Below are positions 39,238 through 47,459 of a stretch of DNA of 64,000 bases, one piece after another. Source of the DNA: a virus; the IMG/VR virus record IMGVR_UViG_3300021368_000005, positions 1 through 64,000 of that record, one strand, 5' to 3'. The translations under genes were made by a program, and so were the position numbers. Within the stretch, counting starts at the first letter, position 1; every line of letters begins with the position of its first letter. The notes beneath the pieces are model-generated. The model saw nothing but the letters and a program-made list of their open reading frames with translations. It ran no database searches and had not been told where the DNA came from.

Positions 39238-39278
39238 TTTACTATGTAAATATACGAAAAATATTTCATATATCCAAA
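39238..39278 (-). promoter_or_regulatory. Host-type early promoter
   Basis: Sense TTTGG...TTTTTCGTATATTTACATAGTAAA. Confidence 0.75.
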
Positions 39279-39294
39279 TATTTTTTAACTTTTT

Positions 39295-39582
39295 TTAGGC
39301 TTTTCCTATTGGCCCCCAATATAACCCTTCCATTAGTGTTTCATCAAATGAATCGCTTATATCTTCTTCTATGTTTGTTGTAATTTCTTCGGATAGCTTT
39401 TCTTTAAGCTCCTGAACTTGTTTCTTTCTTGATTTAACATTACTCATAATCAATTCCTCAAGTTCATCGTGTGATACAACTTTTTTTTCTATAAGAAGTT
39501 CGCACAACGTTTCTATAACGGTAGATTGTGTAAATAATCTCTCGTTAAGGTTTTTAATTAATTCTCTTGATGTTAAGTTCAT
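39295..39582 (-). CDS. Hypothetical protein
   Basis: ORF track; operon-like packing. Confidence 0.6.
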   Translation of the reverse strand: MNLTSRELIKNLNERLFTQSTVIETLCELLIEKKVVSHDELEELIMSNVKSRKKQVQELKEKLSEEITTNIEEDISDSFDETLMEGLYWGPIGKA

Positions 39583-39805
39583 CTAATAAGTCCTTTAAGT
39601 TATCTACATCTTCATTTCCATAGACCAAATCACCAAATCCCTTTTCGATTGATTTTTCAGTATATCCCATGGCTTGAGCCATTCTAACACACATAACTTT
39701 GAATTCACTAATATCCATATCATCTGGTACTGTGAATTCTATTTCTTTTGCTTCTCGTATTTCATTTACGAGTTTATCGGTATATCTAAATATAAGTTTT
39801 CCCAT
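39554..39805 (-). CDS. Hypothetical protein
   Basis: ORF track; operon-like packing. Confidence 0.6.
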   Translation of the reverse strand: MGKLIFRYTDKLVNEIREAKEIEFTVPDDMDISEFKVMCVRMAQAMGYTEKSIEKGFGDLVYGNEDVDNLKDLLDELNIKRIN

Positions 39806-39816
39806 CTTTCCGTAAG

Positions 39817-40434
39817 TTATAAGATTTCAGCTCCACTTTTTAATAGTGGTTCTGCTTTCTTGTATTTCATAAATTGAGTAGTTCCATCGGATAATTTTAC
39901 CATTACCCTTTCGTTTCTACCATACTTTTTTTCTCTAATAATTGTTTGAGTGTATCTCCTATCTGAATCAGTTATTAACTTCCCATCCAAGTGGTCAATC
40001 TCATGTTGAGCACAAACACACTCTAACAATCCCTCATCATTAAAAAACTCATCTGAGTTTTCCCATGTACCTGTTTCTGAATCAGGTGAGAATATAACTG
40101 TTCCTAAATTATCACACTCTAAAGTAAATGATTTATGTCTTACGGTTTTAACTGGTTTTCTCATTGTTTTATCTAAGGATAAACATTGTTCTACATAAGC
40201 AACTGTATCCTTTGATACCTCAGTTACTTTTGGGTTTATCAATACTAAAGGTTCTTTAACATTGATTACACAAGCACGAACATCTAATCCTATTTGATTG
40301 GCGGATAAACCTATACCGCCATGTCTTTTAAGTTCTTGTAGAAGAGTTGTTGATACTTCATCAATCATCTCTTGAGTCATTGGTTTTGGAGGTATAACAC
40401 CTCTTAACTTATTTGGGTCTTTAATTAATTTCAT
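39817..40434 (-). CDS. def: Peptide deformylase
   Basis: GIGLSANQIG, EQCLS (EGCLS variant), QHEIDHLDG. Confidence 0.92.
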   Translation of the reverse strand: MKLIKDPNKLRGVIPPKPMTQEMIDEVSTTLLQELKRHGGIGLSANQIGLDVRACVINVKEPLVLINPKVTEVSKDTVAYVEQCLSLDKTMRKPVKTVRHKSFTLECDNLGTVIFSPDSETGTWENSDEFFNDEGLLECVCAQHEIDHLDGKLITDSDRRYTQTIIREKKYGRNERVMVKLSDGTTQFMKYKKAEPLLKSGAEIL

Positions 40435-40664
40435 TCGAATAAATTTAATTGTGTTTTGTCTTTTACTAATTTTCTTTCTGATATATCCGAACCAATTGGT
40501 CTTTCATAAACAGTTTCACCACCATCAGGTGATTCATATATTATACCTGTTAATCCCAGTCCATCTGTTTTATCAATTCTATCCCAATACATCTTTCTAA
40601 TTTTCGCTCCCAATTCTTGGTCGTTGGGTGTTTCTTCCACTAAAGATTTTATATTTACAATCAT
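40431..40664 (-). CDS. Hypothetical protein (IYESPDGGETVY motif)
   Basis: ORF track; 4-nt overlaps with neighbours. Confidence 0.6.
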   Translation of the reverse strand: MIVNIKSLVEETPNDQELGAKIRKMYWDRIDKTDGLGLTGIIYESPDGGETVYERPIGSDISERKLVKDKTQLNLFE

Positions 40665-41092
40665 CTCTCATTTTCACTTTTTAATAACCAACTAGATGAT
40701 TGAATCTTATCACCAAGTCCATCAATTAGTTCAATACCAAATTTCTCACATATTTCTCTTTCAGGAATAGTATCATTATTTTGGTCACCTCCATTAGCAA
40801 AAGCCAACTTTAGTGAATCATAAAATTTATTTACCATTACCTCTAGTGTTTTGTTTTGTGTAGAATCCTTATCAACAGATATCCAAGCCATATCTACTAC
40901 ACTTAGAGCTCTGATGATTTCAATTCTTTCTTCCTCATCTTGGAAGAACTTAGAGCCTTTTAGCTCTCTTTGTTTATCATTATTAACTATTACTATCAAA
41001 ATATCCCCTACCTCTTTGGCCTTTTCAAATAACTCTAAATGACCTTTATGAAGTGGATTGAAATATCCTGATACAATAACTGCTTTTTTCAT
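40661..41092 (-). CDS. Cytidylyl/adenylyltransferase (CTP_transf_like; TagD/RibL/RfaE-II family)
   Basis: GYFNPLHKGH (HxGH motif), ANGGD, KIQSSS. Confidence 0.88.
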   Translation of the reverse strand: MKKAVIVSGYFNPLHKGHLELFEKAKEVGDILIVIVNNDKQRELKGSKFFQDEEERIEIIRALSVVDMAWISVDKDSTQNKTLEVMVNKFYDSLKLAFANGGDQNNDTIPEREICEKFGIELIDGLGDKIQSSSWLLKSENER

Positions 41093-41104
41093 TTAATTAT
41101 ACTT

Positions 41105-41145
41105 TTGTTATACAAAGATACGAAAATTATTTTACAATTCCAAAT
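41105..41145 (-). promoter_or_regulatory. Canonical Bacteroidota promoter (-33 TTTG, -7 TAnnTTTG)
   Basis: Sense TTTGGAATTGTAAAATAATTTTCGTATCTTTG. Confidence 0.8.
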
Positions 41146-42108
41146 TTATTTCCAAGAAAAATTTGCACCCATGTGTCCGAATGATGCCGAATCACCGAAT
41201 ATGGGTTTTTTAAGTTCTAAGAAATCTATAATTCCTTTTGGTGATAAATCATATCCTTTAATAAATTCATGTTCTCCATCAACCATGGCAGTTGCTTGAA
41301 GAGGTTGGTCATATCCAATTGCATATGCAAGTTGTACGAATACTTCCTTTGCTCCTCTCTCTCGAAGAATATCTACTGCGATTCTTCTTGCCATGTAAGC
41401 GGCACTTCTATCAACTTTAGTTGCATCCTTACCACTAAATGCTCCACCACCAAGTGGAACTCTTGGGCCATAATTATCTACTGCTAATTTTCTACCAGTC
41501 AACCCAGCATCGGCGGTGAACCCACCAATGTTCCAATCACCTGCAGGATTACAATGTAATGATTCAATATGATACTGAGGAAAATCCTCAAAGTATTCCA
41601 TTACTAATTTTTCTAATTCATCTGCTGGTGCACAACAGAATGATGCAACAACTCTTAATGAATTACCATTCATCGTAACTTGAGTCTTACCATCAGTTGG
41701 ATATTTGTTAAAAATAGATTTATTAAGTTCTCTTGATAAATAATATTCCTGTGGAAGATATTCTTGATTATCATCACAAGCATAACCAATCATAATTCCT
41801 TGGTCACCTGCTCCACCAGTATCAACTCCATTAGCAATCTCTGGTGATTGTGTATTGATGTTGGTTATAACTTTTAGTGAATCATCAGTTGTAATATCTT
41901 TTACTACTGATTCTATTTCTTCATCTGTAATTTTATACTCCGAGGTAACCTCACCTGTTACATATACTAACCCATTGCCTCCACAAGTTTCTATTGCTAC
42001 TCGTGAATTTGGGTCATGTGTTAAGTGAATATCTAATAATGTGTCTGAAATTCTATCACACATTTTATCTGGATGCATCGGAGATACACATTCTGCTGTT
42101 CTAATCAT
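41146..42108 (-). CDS. metK: S-adenosylmethionine synthetase
   Basis: HPDKMCDRISD, GAGDQG, DGKTQVT, DAGLTGRK, GGGAFSGKDATKVDRSAAY. Confidence 0.96.
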   Translation of the reverse strand: MIRTAECVSPMHPDKMCDRISDTLLDIHLTHDPNSRVAIETCGGNGLVYVTGEVTSEYKITDEEIESVVKDITTDDSLKVITNINTQSPEIANGVDTGGAGDQGIMIGYACDDNQEYLPQEYYLSRELNKSIFNKYPTDGKTQVTMNGNSLRVVASFCCAPADELEKLVMEYFEDFPQYHIESLHCNPAGDWNIGGFTADAGLTGRKLAVDNYGPRVPLGGGAFSGKDATKVDRSAAYMARRIAVDILRERGAKEVFVQLAYAIGYDQPLQATAMVDGEHEFIKGYDLSPKGIIDFLELKKPIFGDSASFGHMGANFSWK

Positions 42109-42215
42109 TTATTTAATTTTTGTTGTAGTTTTTGAATTTTTAACTTTATTTCTTGTGTTTGTGGTTTCACAAGTTTTAACTTTACTATTTCTTCTATTAC
42201 CTTTTCGTTATCCAT
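42105..42215 (-). CDS. 36-aa Lys-rich hypothetical protein
   Basis: Hand translation MDNEKVIEKIVKLKLVKPQTQEIKLKIQKLQQKLNK; stop overlaps the metK start. Confidence 0.5.
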   Translation of the reverse strand: MDNEKVIEEIVKLKLVKPQTQEIKLKIQKLQQKLNK

Positions 42216-42381
42216 TTTTCTTCATTTGATTTAATAAGTCTTTATACTTTTTATTCCACTTAGAAATTTCTTCTTTATATCCTTGTTTTATAGACTCTTG
42301 TTTTTCTAATTTTTGTCTAAGGTCTTTATTTTCTTTTTCTAAGTTTTCTATCTTAAGTTGGTATAATCTTGTATGTTCCAT
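42208..42381 (-). CDS. 57-aa coiled-coil hypothetical protein
   Basis: Hand translation MEHTRLYQLKIENLEKENKDLRQKLEKQ...; fills the gap after thyA. Confidence 0.55.
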   Translation of the reverse strand: MEHTRLYQLKIENLEKENKDLRQKLEKQESIKQGYKEEISKWNKKYKDLLNQMKKNG

Positions 42382-42382
42382 A

Positions 42383-43273
42383 TTAATTACTTAAAGGTGC
42401 TTTTATTGTGGGGTGAGATTTATATCCTATGATTTCATAATCAAATTCACCATTTAGAATATCCACATTTGATAATTTTATTGTTGGTAGTTGGTATGAA
42501 CTTCTTAATCTTTGTTCTTCTGCCTGTTCTAAGTGATTCTTATATAAGTGAGTATCACCTAAGTTACCAATCAGCTCACCAGGTTGTAAATTTGTTTCTT
42601 CACATAATAGTAGTAATAACATCCCATAAGATGCGATGTTAAATGGTAACCCCAAGAAAGTATCAACACTTCTCTGATTCCATAATAGAGATAACTTACC
42701 ATCGTTTACATAACATTGAAAAGAATAATGACAAGGTGGTAAAGTCATTTGGTCTAACTTACCAACATCCCATGCAGATATCATCAATCTTCTACTGTGG
42801 GGATTTTCTTTTAAGTTTGTAATAAGTTCTTTTAGTTGGTCAATATGTCCTCCCCAAGTTTTCCAAGCTCTCCAACCTTTTCCATAAACAGGACCAAGTT
42901 CCCCCCATGTTCTTGAAAACAACTCATCATCTTTTATTTTTTGAACAAAATCTTTTTCTGATAGATACTCATCCAAATCCCATGTAGCTGCTCTTTCATA
43001 TGTTTTATAAGCATCACCATTCCAAATATTACATCCATTCTGAACAAGATATCGGATGTTGGTATCTCCTTTGAGAAACCATTTTAGTTCTGTCATGATT
43101 GATTTTATCGCCATCTTTTTTGTTGTAAGAAGTGGAAACCCATCACTCATCTTATGTCTGATTTGTTTTCCGAAAACAGATATTGTACCTGTACCAGTTC
43201 TATCGGTTTTTTCTTTTCCTTCTAATAATATTTCCTGAAGTAATTGTTGGTAGTCTAAATCTAAGTTATTCAT
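42383..43273 (-). CDS. thyA: Thymidylate synthase
   Basis: DRTGTGT, FPLLTTKK, LGPVYG, SRR, LPPCH, QRSVDTFLGLPFNIASY, HLYKNH. Confidence 0.97.
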   Translation of the reverse strand: MNNLDLDYQQLLQEILLEGKEKTDRTGTGTISVFGKQIRHKMSDGFPLLTTKKMAIKSIMTELKWFLKGDTNIRYLVQNGCNIWNGDAYKTYERAATWDLDEYLSEKDFVQKIKDDELFSRTWGELGPVYGKGWRAWKTWGGHIDQLKELITNLKENPHSRRLMISAWDVGKLDQMTLPPCHYSFQCYVNDGKLSLLWNQRSVDTFLGLPFNIASYGMLLLLLCEETNLQPGELIGNLGDTHLYKNHLEQAEEQRLRSSYQLPTIKLSNVDILNGEFDYEIIGYKSHPTIKAPLSN

Positions 43274-43601
43274 ATTGTGCTGTCATTCCATCATAGGATT
43301 CAAACCTATAATATACTGTTAATTCTTCTCCTGCCTTTATTGGTCTTATAGAGTGTAATGTTCTTTCTTCTGTATTGGTACTGATATAACAATTAGGATT
43401 TTCACTATGATTGATAAATCCACCAAGAGGAGTTCGTACCCATTCTCTTCTTGTGGTAGAAACTGCAAATACATGAGTTTCACCAAATACTTCTCCAGCT
43501 GAGAAATCTCTTTCTGCAGTTAACCCTAAACCCTCAATTGCACTTCCCATTATTGTTAACCCTTCTGGCAATGGTCTATATGTATCTTCGAATTGTTTCA
43601 T
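43266..43601 (-). CDS. SET-domain protein-lysine methyltransferase
   Basis: GLGL, FINHSENPNC, IKAGEELTVYY. Confidence 0.88.
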   Translation of the reverse strand: MKQFEDTYRPLPEGLTIMGSAIEGLGLTAERDFSAGEVFGETHVFAVSTTRREWVRTPLGGFINHSENPNCYISTNTEERTLHSIRPIKAGEELTVYYRFESYDGMTAQYE

Positions 43602-44980
43602 TTTATATTAGCCAAACGTTCTATTTCTTTTTTTACTTTTATGTTCCAAGGCCCCCAAGTGATATTATCAATCAACCACTTTCTGTAATAAGGTGGGATT
43701 GATGCAACTGGTTTACCTTTATATTTTCCAAAGGTCATATAAACCTTTTCTATATCACCATCTTCATTCTTCTTTTCTGCAAGATTAATACCACCTTCTA
43801 AGTGGATTCCTATTTCGTGCATTGGAATACCTGTGATTTGTTTCTTACCTTCACCAAACAATTCCCACTCTTCACCACCAGTATCTTTATAATATAGTTC
43901 TTCTACCTTACCAAACTTTTCTACTGAACCTACAAAATCAACAACTAAACAATTTTCTTTTTCATCGTGGATACGAGTTCCTCTACCAACAAACTGATAC
44001 CACCAAGAGATTGATGCGGTTGGTCTACCTGTAATCAAGCAATCTAATTCAGGATAATCGAATCCAACTGTAAGTACATTAACTTGTACAATAACTCGTA
44101 TCTGTTGGTTTCTAAACTCTTCTATGATTCTCTTTCTATCTGCCTTAGGAGTTCCACCATGTACAACTGCAGCTTGTGGAATCTTTCTTGCAAGTTCTGT
44201 TGCTTGTTCTATCGTTGGTACTGCAACAAGAATAGATTTTCTATCATATACTTCTTCAATCTTCTTTACAATCTTATCACCAATGTTTTGGTTCTCATAA
44301 GAACGAGCAATAGATTCTTGTGTATATTCAGCACCACTTGAATTGTAAACTAAGGCACCAGTATCGAAATCATAAGATTGATATTCTAATGGTGTCCAAT
44401 AACCCAACTTAACAATATCTTGAATCTGAGAAACATGAAGAATGTATTTGAAGAACACTCCATGTTTAGAACGATTTGTTAACATTACCAACTTTGAATA
44501 TGGGCCAGTATCTCCCATGTTGGTTTGTAATTTTAAGGGGGTTGCAGTAAGACCAAGTACATGAGTTGCTTTCATACCATCTACAAACCTTCGAAGTTGA
44601 CCGGATTTGTTTCGTGGATACCTATCGCACTCATCGATTATAATCTTAGTGACCCCCATATCTTTGAATTGATGTGCTATGTTAATTATCGAACCGATAG
44701 TTGCATAAGTAACATCACCCAATTCTTTACTACCCATTGAGGCTGAGTAGATTGATGCCTCTCCACCAAGTGTTATGAACTTATTATAGTTTTGTTCTAA
44801 TAGTTCTTTTGATGGTTGTAGTACAAGAATCTTTTCACCAAGTTCTTTTGCAATTGCAGCGATAACAATCGATTTACCGAAGGCAGTTGGTGCCACGATA
44901 ATTGATGGTTTCATCTTTGGAGTTCGTAAAAACTCAACTCCAATTGCTACTGGTTCTATTTGATTCTTTCTTAGTTTCAA
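43598..44980 (-). CDS. Superfamily 2 helicase (YejH/UvsW-like) with C-terminal DUF3820-like domain
   Basis: APTAFGKS, DECD, GLTATP, VLTVGFDYP, QFVGRGTR; C-terminal MTFGKYKGK...YRKWL. Confidence 0.9.
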   Translation of the reverse strand: MKLRKNQIEPVAIGVEFLRTPKMKPSIIVAPTAFGKSIVIAAIAKELGEKILVLQPSKELLEQNYNKFITLGGEASIYSASMGSKELGDVTYATIGSIINIAHQFKDMGVTKIIIDECDRYPRNKSGQLRRFVDGMKATHVLGLTATPLKLQTNMGDTGPYSKLVMLTNRSKHGVFFKYILHVSQIQDIVKLGYWTPLEYQSYDFDTGALVYNSSGAEYTQESIARSYENQNIGDKIVKKIEEVYDRKSILVAVPTIEQATELARKIPQAAVVHGGTPKADRKRIIEEFRNQQIRVIVQVNVLTVGFDYPELDCLITGRPTASISWWYQFVGRGTRIHDEKENCLVVDFVGSVEKFGKVEELYYKDTGGEEWELFGEGKKQITGIPMHEIGIHLEGGINLAEKKNEDGDIEKVYMTFGKYKGKPVASIPPYYRKWLIDNITWGPWNIKVKKEIERLANIK

Positions 44981-45564
44981 AGTCCTAAATCTTTTCTAAT
45001 ATCTTCTTTTACTGTTCTTAAATATTTGGTTCTTTTTTTATGAGAAACAAAAGGAACAGACCAGAATTGTTTTGTTTTGAACCACATAGATAACCTCCAA
45101 CCAAACACGAAGGTAAATACACCCATTACTAGTCTTAGTTTGACTGAGTTAAGATATAGAGTTCTAACAGGTAGTGATGGAGCTCCATGTGTAATGTAAG
45201 TTCTAACTTTTTTATCTTTAAGGAATGGTTTTGGATATGCATATAGTTTTGTAAAGTTTACAAACTTATATGCAAAACCTGGTGTAAATACCTCATCAAA
45301 GAATACTTCCATTCTTGGTGTTAACCTAAACCACCATACTGGTGAAATAAAATAAATATGAGTTGACCAAGTTACCAATTCTTGGTACTTCTTAATCAAA
45401 TCTGTTCTTGGTCTTTGGAAACTATCTCTGTATAAATCAATCACTCGATATGATTGTTTATGTTTCCTCATCTGTCTTGTAGCAGTTTTGTAGATACCAT
45501 TCCAACAGAATGATTTCTTATCAGGATGACCCACTACAATTAAAATCTTTTTTTGTTTACTCAC
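44977..45564 (-). CDS. NAD(P)H-dependent oxidoreductase (flavodoxin-2 fold)
   Basis: ILIVVGHPDKKSF, IDLY, PVWW...P...FFDEVFTPGFAY. Confidence 0.85.
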   Translation of the reverse strand: MSKQKKILIVVGHPDKKSFCWNGIYKTATRQMRKHKQSYRVIDLYRDSFQRPRTDLIKKYQELVTWSTHIYFISPVWWFRLTPRMEVFFDEVFTPGFAYKFVNFTKLYAYPKPFLKDKKVRTYITHGAPSLPVRTLYLNSVKLRLVMGVFTFVFGWRLSMWFKTKQFWSVPFVSHKKRTKYLRTVKEDIRKDLGL

Positions 45565-45776
45565 AACTTATATTTCTTTTTATATTTCTCTAAAAAATAC
45601 ATACCTACTCCTATTTCTAAAATCTCATGTTCATATGGAACATAAGGTTTTCTTTTTGTAGTAGATATAATATCATCGACTCTTACGTGCTCAAATACCT
45701 CGATGAATATTTTACCATTCTTTCTTGGCTTCTTGTGTACTACAACTACCGGTGATATTCTATTGTAGTTACCCAC
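45561..45776 (-). CDS. Hypothetical protein
   Basis: ORF track. Confidence 0.55.
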   Translation of the reverse strand: MGNYNRISPVVVVHKKPRKNGKIFIEVFEHVRVDDIISTTKRKPYVPYEHEILEIGVGMYFLEKYKKKYKL

Positions 45777-45894
45777 TTAATAAACCATATATTATAACAC
45801 CCAATATAACAACTAAAAGGCCCATGCAAGAAACAAACATTAGTTTTTCATTACTATTGGCTTGTTTTTTACTTCTACCTTGTCTGTATTTCAT
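45769..45894 (-). CDS. 41-aa single-TM protein
   Basis: Hand translation MKYRQGRSKKQANSNEKLMFVSCMGLLVVILGVIIYGLLSG. Confidence 0.55.
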   Translation of the reverse strand: MKYRQGRSKKQANSNEKLMFVSCMGLLVVILGVIIYGLLSG

Positions 45895-45895
45895 A

Positions 45896-46057
45896 TCATT
45901 TTCCGTCATGATGTCTCCTCTTTAATTTTTTATATTTCTTTTTAAGATTCTTAGCATCTGCTCTTTTTCTTTTTTCAATAGTTTCTAAAGTTTCTTTAAC
46001 TTTCTTTCTTTTATTCCTAGCGGTTTCTGATTTTTGTAATCTTTTTCCTCTATCCAT
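45896..46057 (-). CDS. 53-aa highly basic protein
   Basis: Hand translation MDRGKRLQKSETARNKRKKVKETLETIEKRKRADAKNLKKKYKKLKRRHHDGK; preceded by TAAGGAG. Confidence 0.6.
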   Translation of the reverse strand: MDRGKRLQKSETARNKRKKVKETLETIEKRKRADAKNLKKKYKKLKRRHHDGK

Positions 46058-46066
46058 AATAACTCC

Positions 46067-46243
46067 TTATATAAATTTATTAACATTGATTTTCTTTTCA
46101 ATATCTTTTAACTTTTCTTTCATGTAGTACTTTGCATATTCTTCCATCAAAGTATCTAACATTGTATAATGTGACCAAGCCTCTGATTCAATGGGTTTGT
46201 TTTCCCATTCGTTTTCGTCTAACCACTCTTTAGGTTTCATCAT
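46067..46243 (-). CDS. 58-aa hypothetical protein
   Basis: Hand translation MMKPKEWLDENEWENKP...LMEEYAKYY... Confidence 0.55.
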   Translation of the reverse strand: MMKPKEWLDENEWENKPIESEAWSHYTMLDTLMEEYAKYYMKEKLKDIEKKINVNKFI

Positions 46244-46244
46244 A

Positions 46245-46490
46245 TTACATCATCATTTCTACTTTTAATCCCAAGTAGAGTGTTACACTTACAATTGTTA
46301 TTAAAAATATCCAATACAAAATTTTCTTAAAAGTAAAGTAAGGTGGAGTTGTTGCCCACTTCCATCTTTCCTCACCTTTTGCTTGGTTTCGTTTGTACAT
46401 ATCAGTTTTCTCAAAAAGGTCTTGACCAAATTGATATAAGAAAAAAATTGTTCCTACGAATATAAAAATGAATATTGTTTCCCAGTTCAT
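46245..46490 (-). CDS. Two-TM membrane protein
   Basis: Two hydrophobic segments. Confidence 0.6.
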   Translation of the reverse strand: MNWETIFIFIFVGTIFFLYQFGQDLFEKTDMYKRNQAKGEERWKWATTPPYFTFKKILYWIFLITIVSVTLYLGLKVEMMM

Positions 46491-46494
46491 ATTT

Positions 46495-47394
46495 TTATTT
46501 TATATAAGGTAATATTGATAACTCTTTTGCTTTAGCTTCTACCATAACATCTACATCGTTGCCATATAAGTTAGGTAACTCGTTGATGTAATCTGAATGA
46601 GCTTGTGGTTTTAGTTTCTCATTACTCTCATGTAATGCTTTTGATTCTGAATAGTGAACAATTGGTTTGATATTTTTTGGCCATGTAGAGATTGCCAATT
46701 CAAGTGCCTCTTGTTCTGATAAACCACCTGTGTTGAATTTGTGGTGGTGATAATCGAATACAATAGGGATACCAATTCTTTCGTGTATGTACATCAAATC
46801 TTTTACTGAGTACATAGATGCTTTATCATCATTCTCAACAGTTAACCTACCTTGTACTGATTCTGATAATCTTTCAAAGTTCTTACAGAATCTATCCATA
46901 GCAGATTTCTTATCACCATACACACCATTACAATGAATGTTTAGTTTGTTGTAAGGTGTACGAGATAATCCTAACATATCGAATACTTTACCATGTAATT
47001 CTAAATCAGTAATAGTATTTTGTACAACATTCTCTCTTGGAGATACAAGTACATTGAAAGGACCAGGATGTGCGGTGATACGAATACCATGTTCTTTAGC
47101 GTAATATCCACATGCCTGAAGTACTGTTTCAATTCGTTTGTAATATGGTGAGTTTTCAATGCCATACTCTGAAGCCCATGGAAATATATCAGAAGATAAT
47201 CTAAAACATTTGATATTGTTCTGATTGTTCCATTCTAAGATAGTGAATAAATCTCTAGCGTTTTGAAGAGATAATTCACCAGCATATCCAACACCCTTCT
47301 CTAAAAAGGTTCTCTTAATCATTGAACGATTAGTAGTTACTTTTGGTTTTTGTTTACCCAAAGTCATGTTAATACAAGCGTATCCTAAATTCAT
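46495..47394 (-). CDS. uvsE: UV damage endonuclease UvsE
   Basis: LGYACIN, FRLSSDIFPW, HPGPF, ENDD, FDYHHH, HYSES, AHSDYI, MVEAKAKE. Confidence 0.95.
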   Translation of the reverse strand: MNLGYACINMTLGKQKPKVTTNRSMIKRTFLEKGVGYAGELSLQNARDLFTILEWNNQNNIKCFRLSSDIFPWASEYGIENSPYYKRIETVLQACGYYAKEHGIRITAHPGPFNVLVSPRENVVQNTITDLELHGKVFDMLGLSRTPYNKLNIHCNGVYGDKKSAMDRFCKNFERLSESVQGRLTVENDDKASMYSVKDLMYIHERIGIPIVFDYHHHKFNTGGLSEQEALELAISTWPKNIKPIVHYSESKALHESNEKLKPQAHSDYINELPNLYGNDVDVMVEAKAKELSILPYIK

Positions 47395-47414
47395 ATTATA
47401 TCTTTTATAGTTTA

Positions 47415-47455
47415 TTTACAAAGTAAATATACGAAAAAAAATCGATATATCCAAA
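47415..47455 (-). promoter_or_regulatory. Host-type early promoter for the uvsE operon
   Basis: Sense TTTGG...TTTTTCGTATATTTACTTTGTAAA. Confidence 0.75.
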
Positions 47456-47459
47456 TTTT

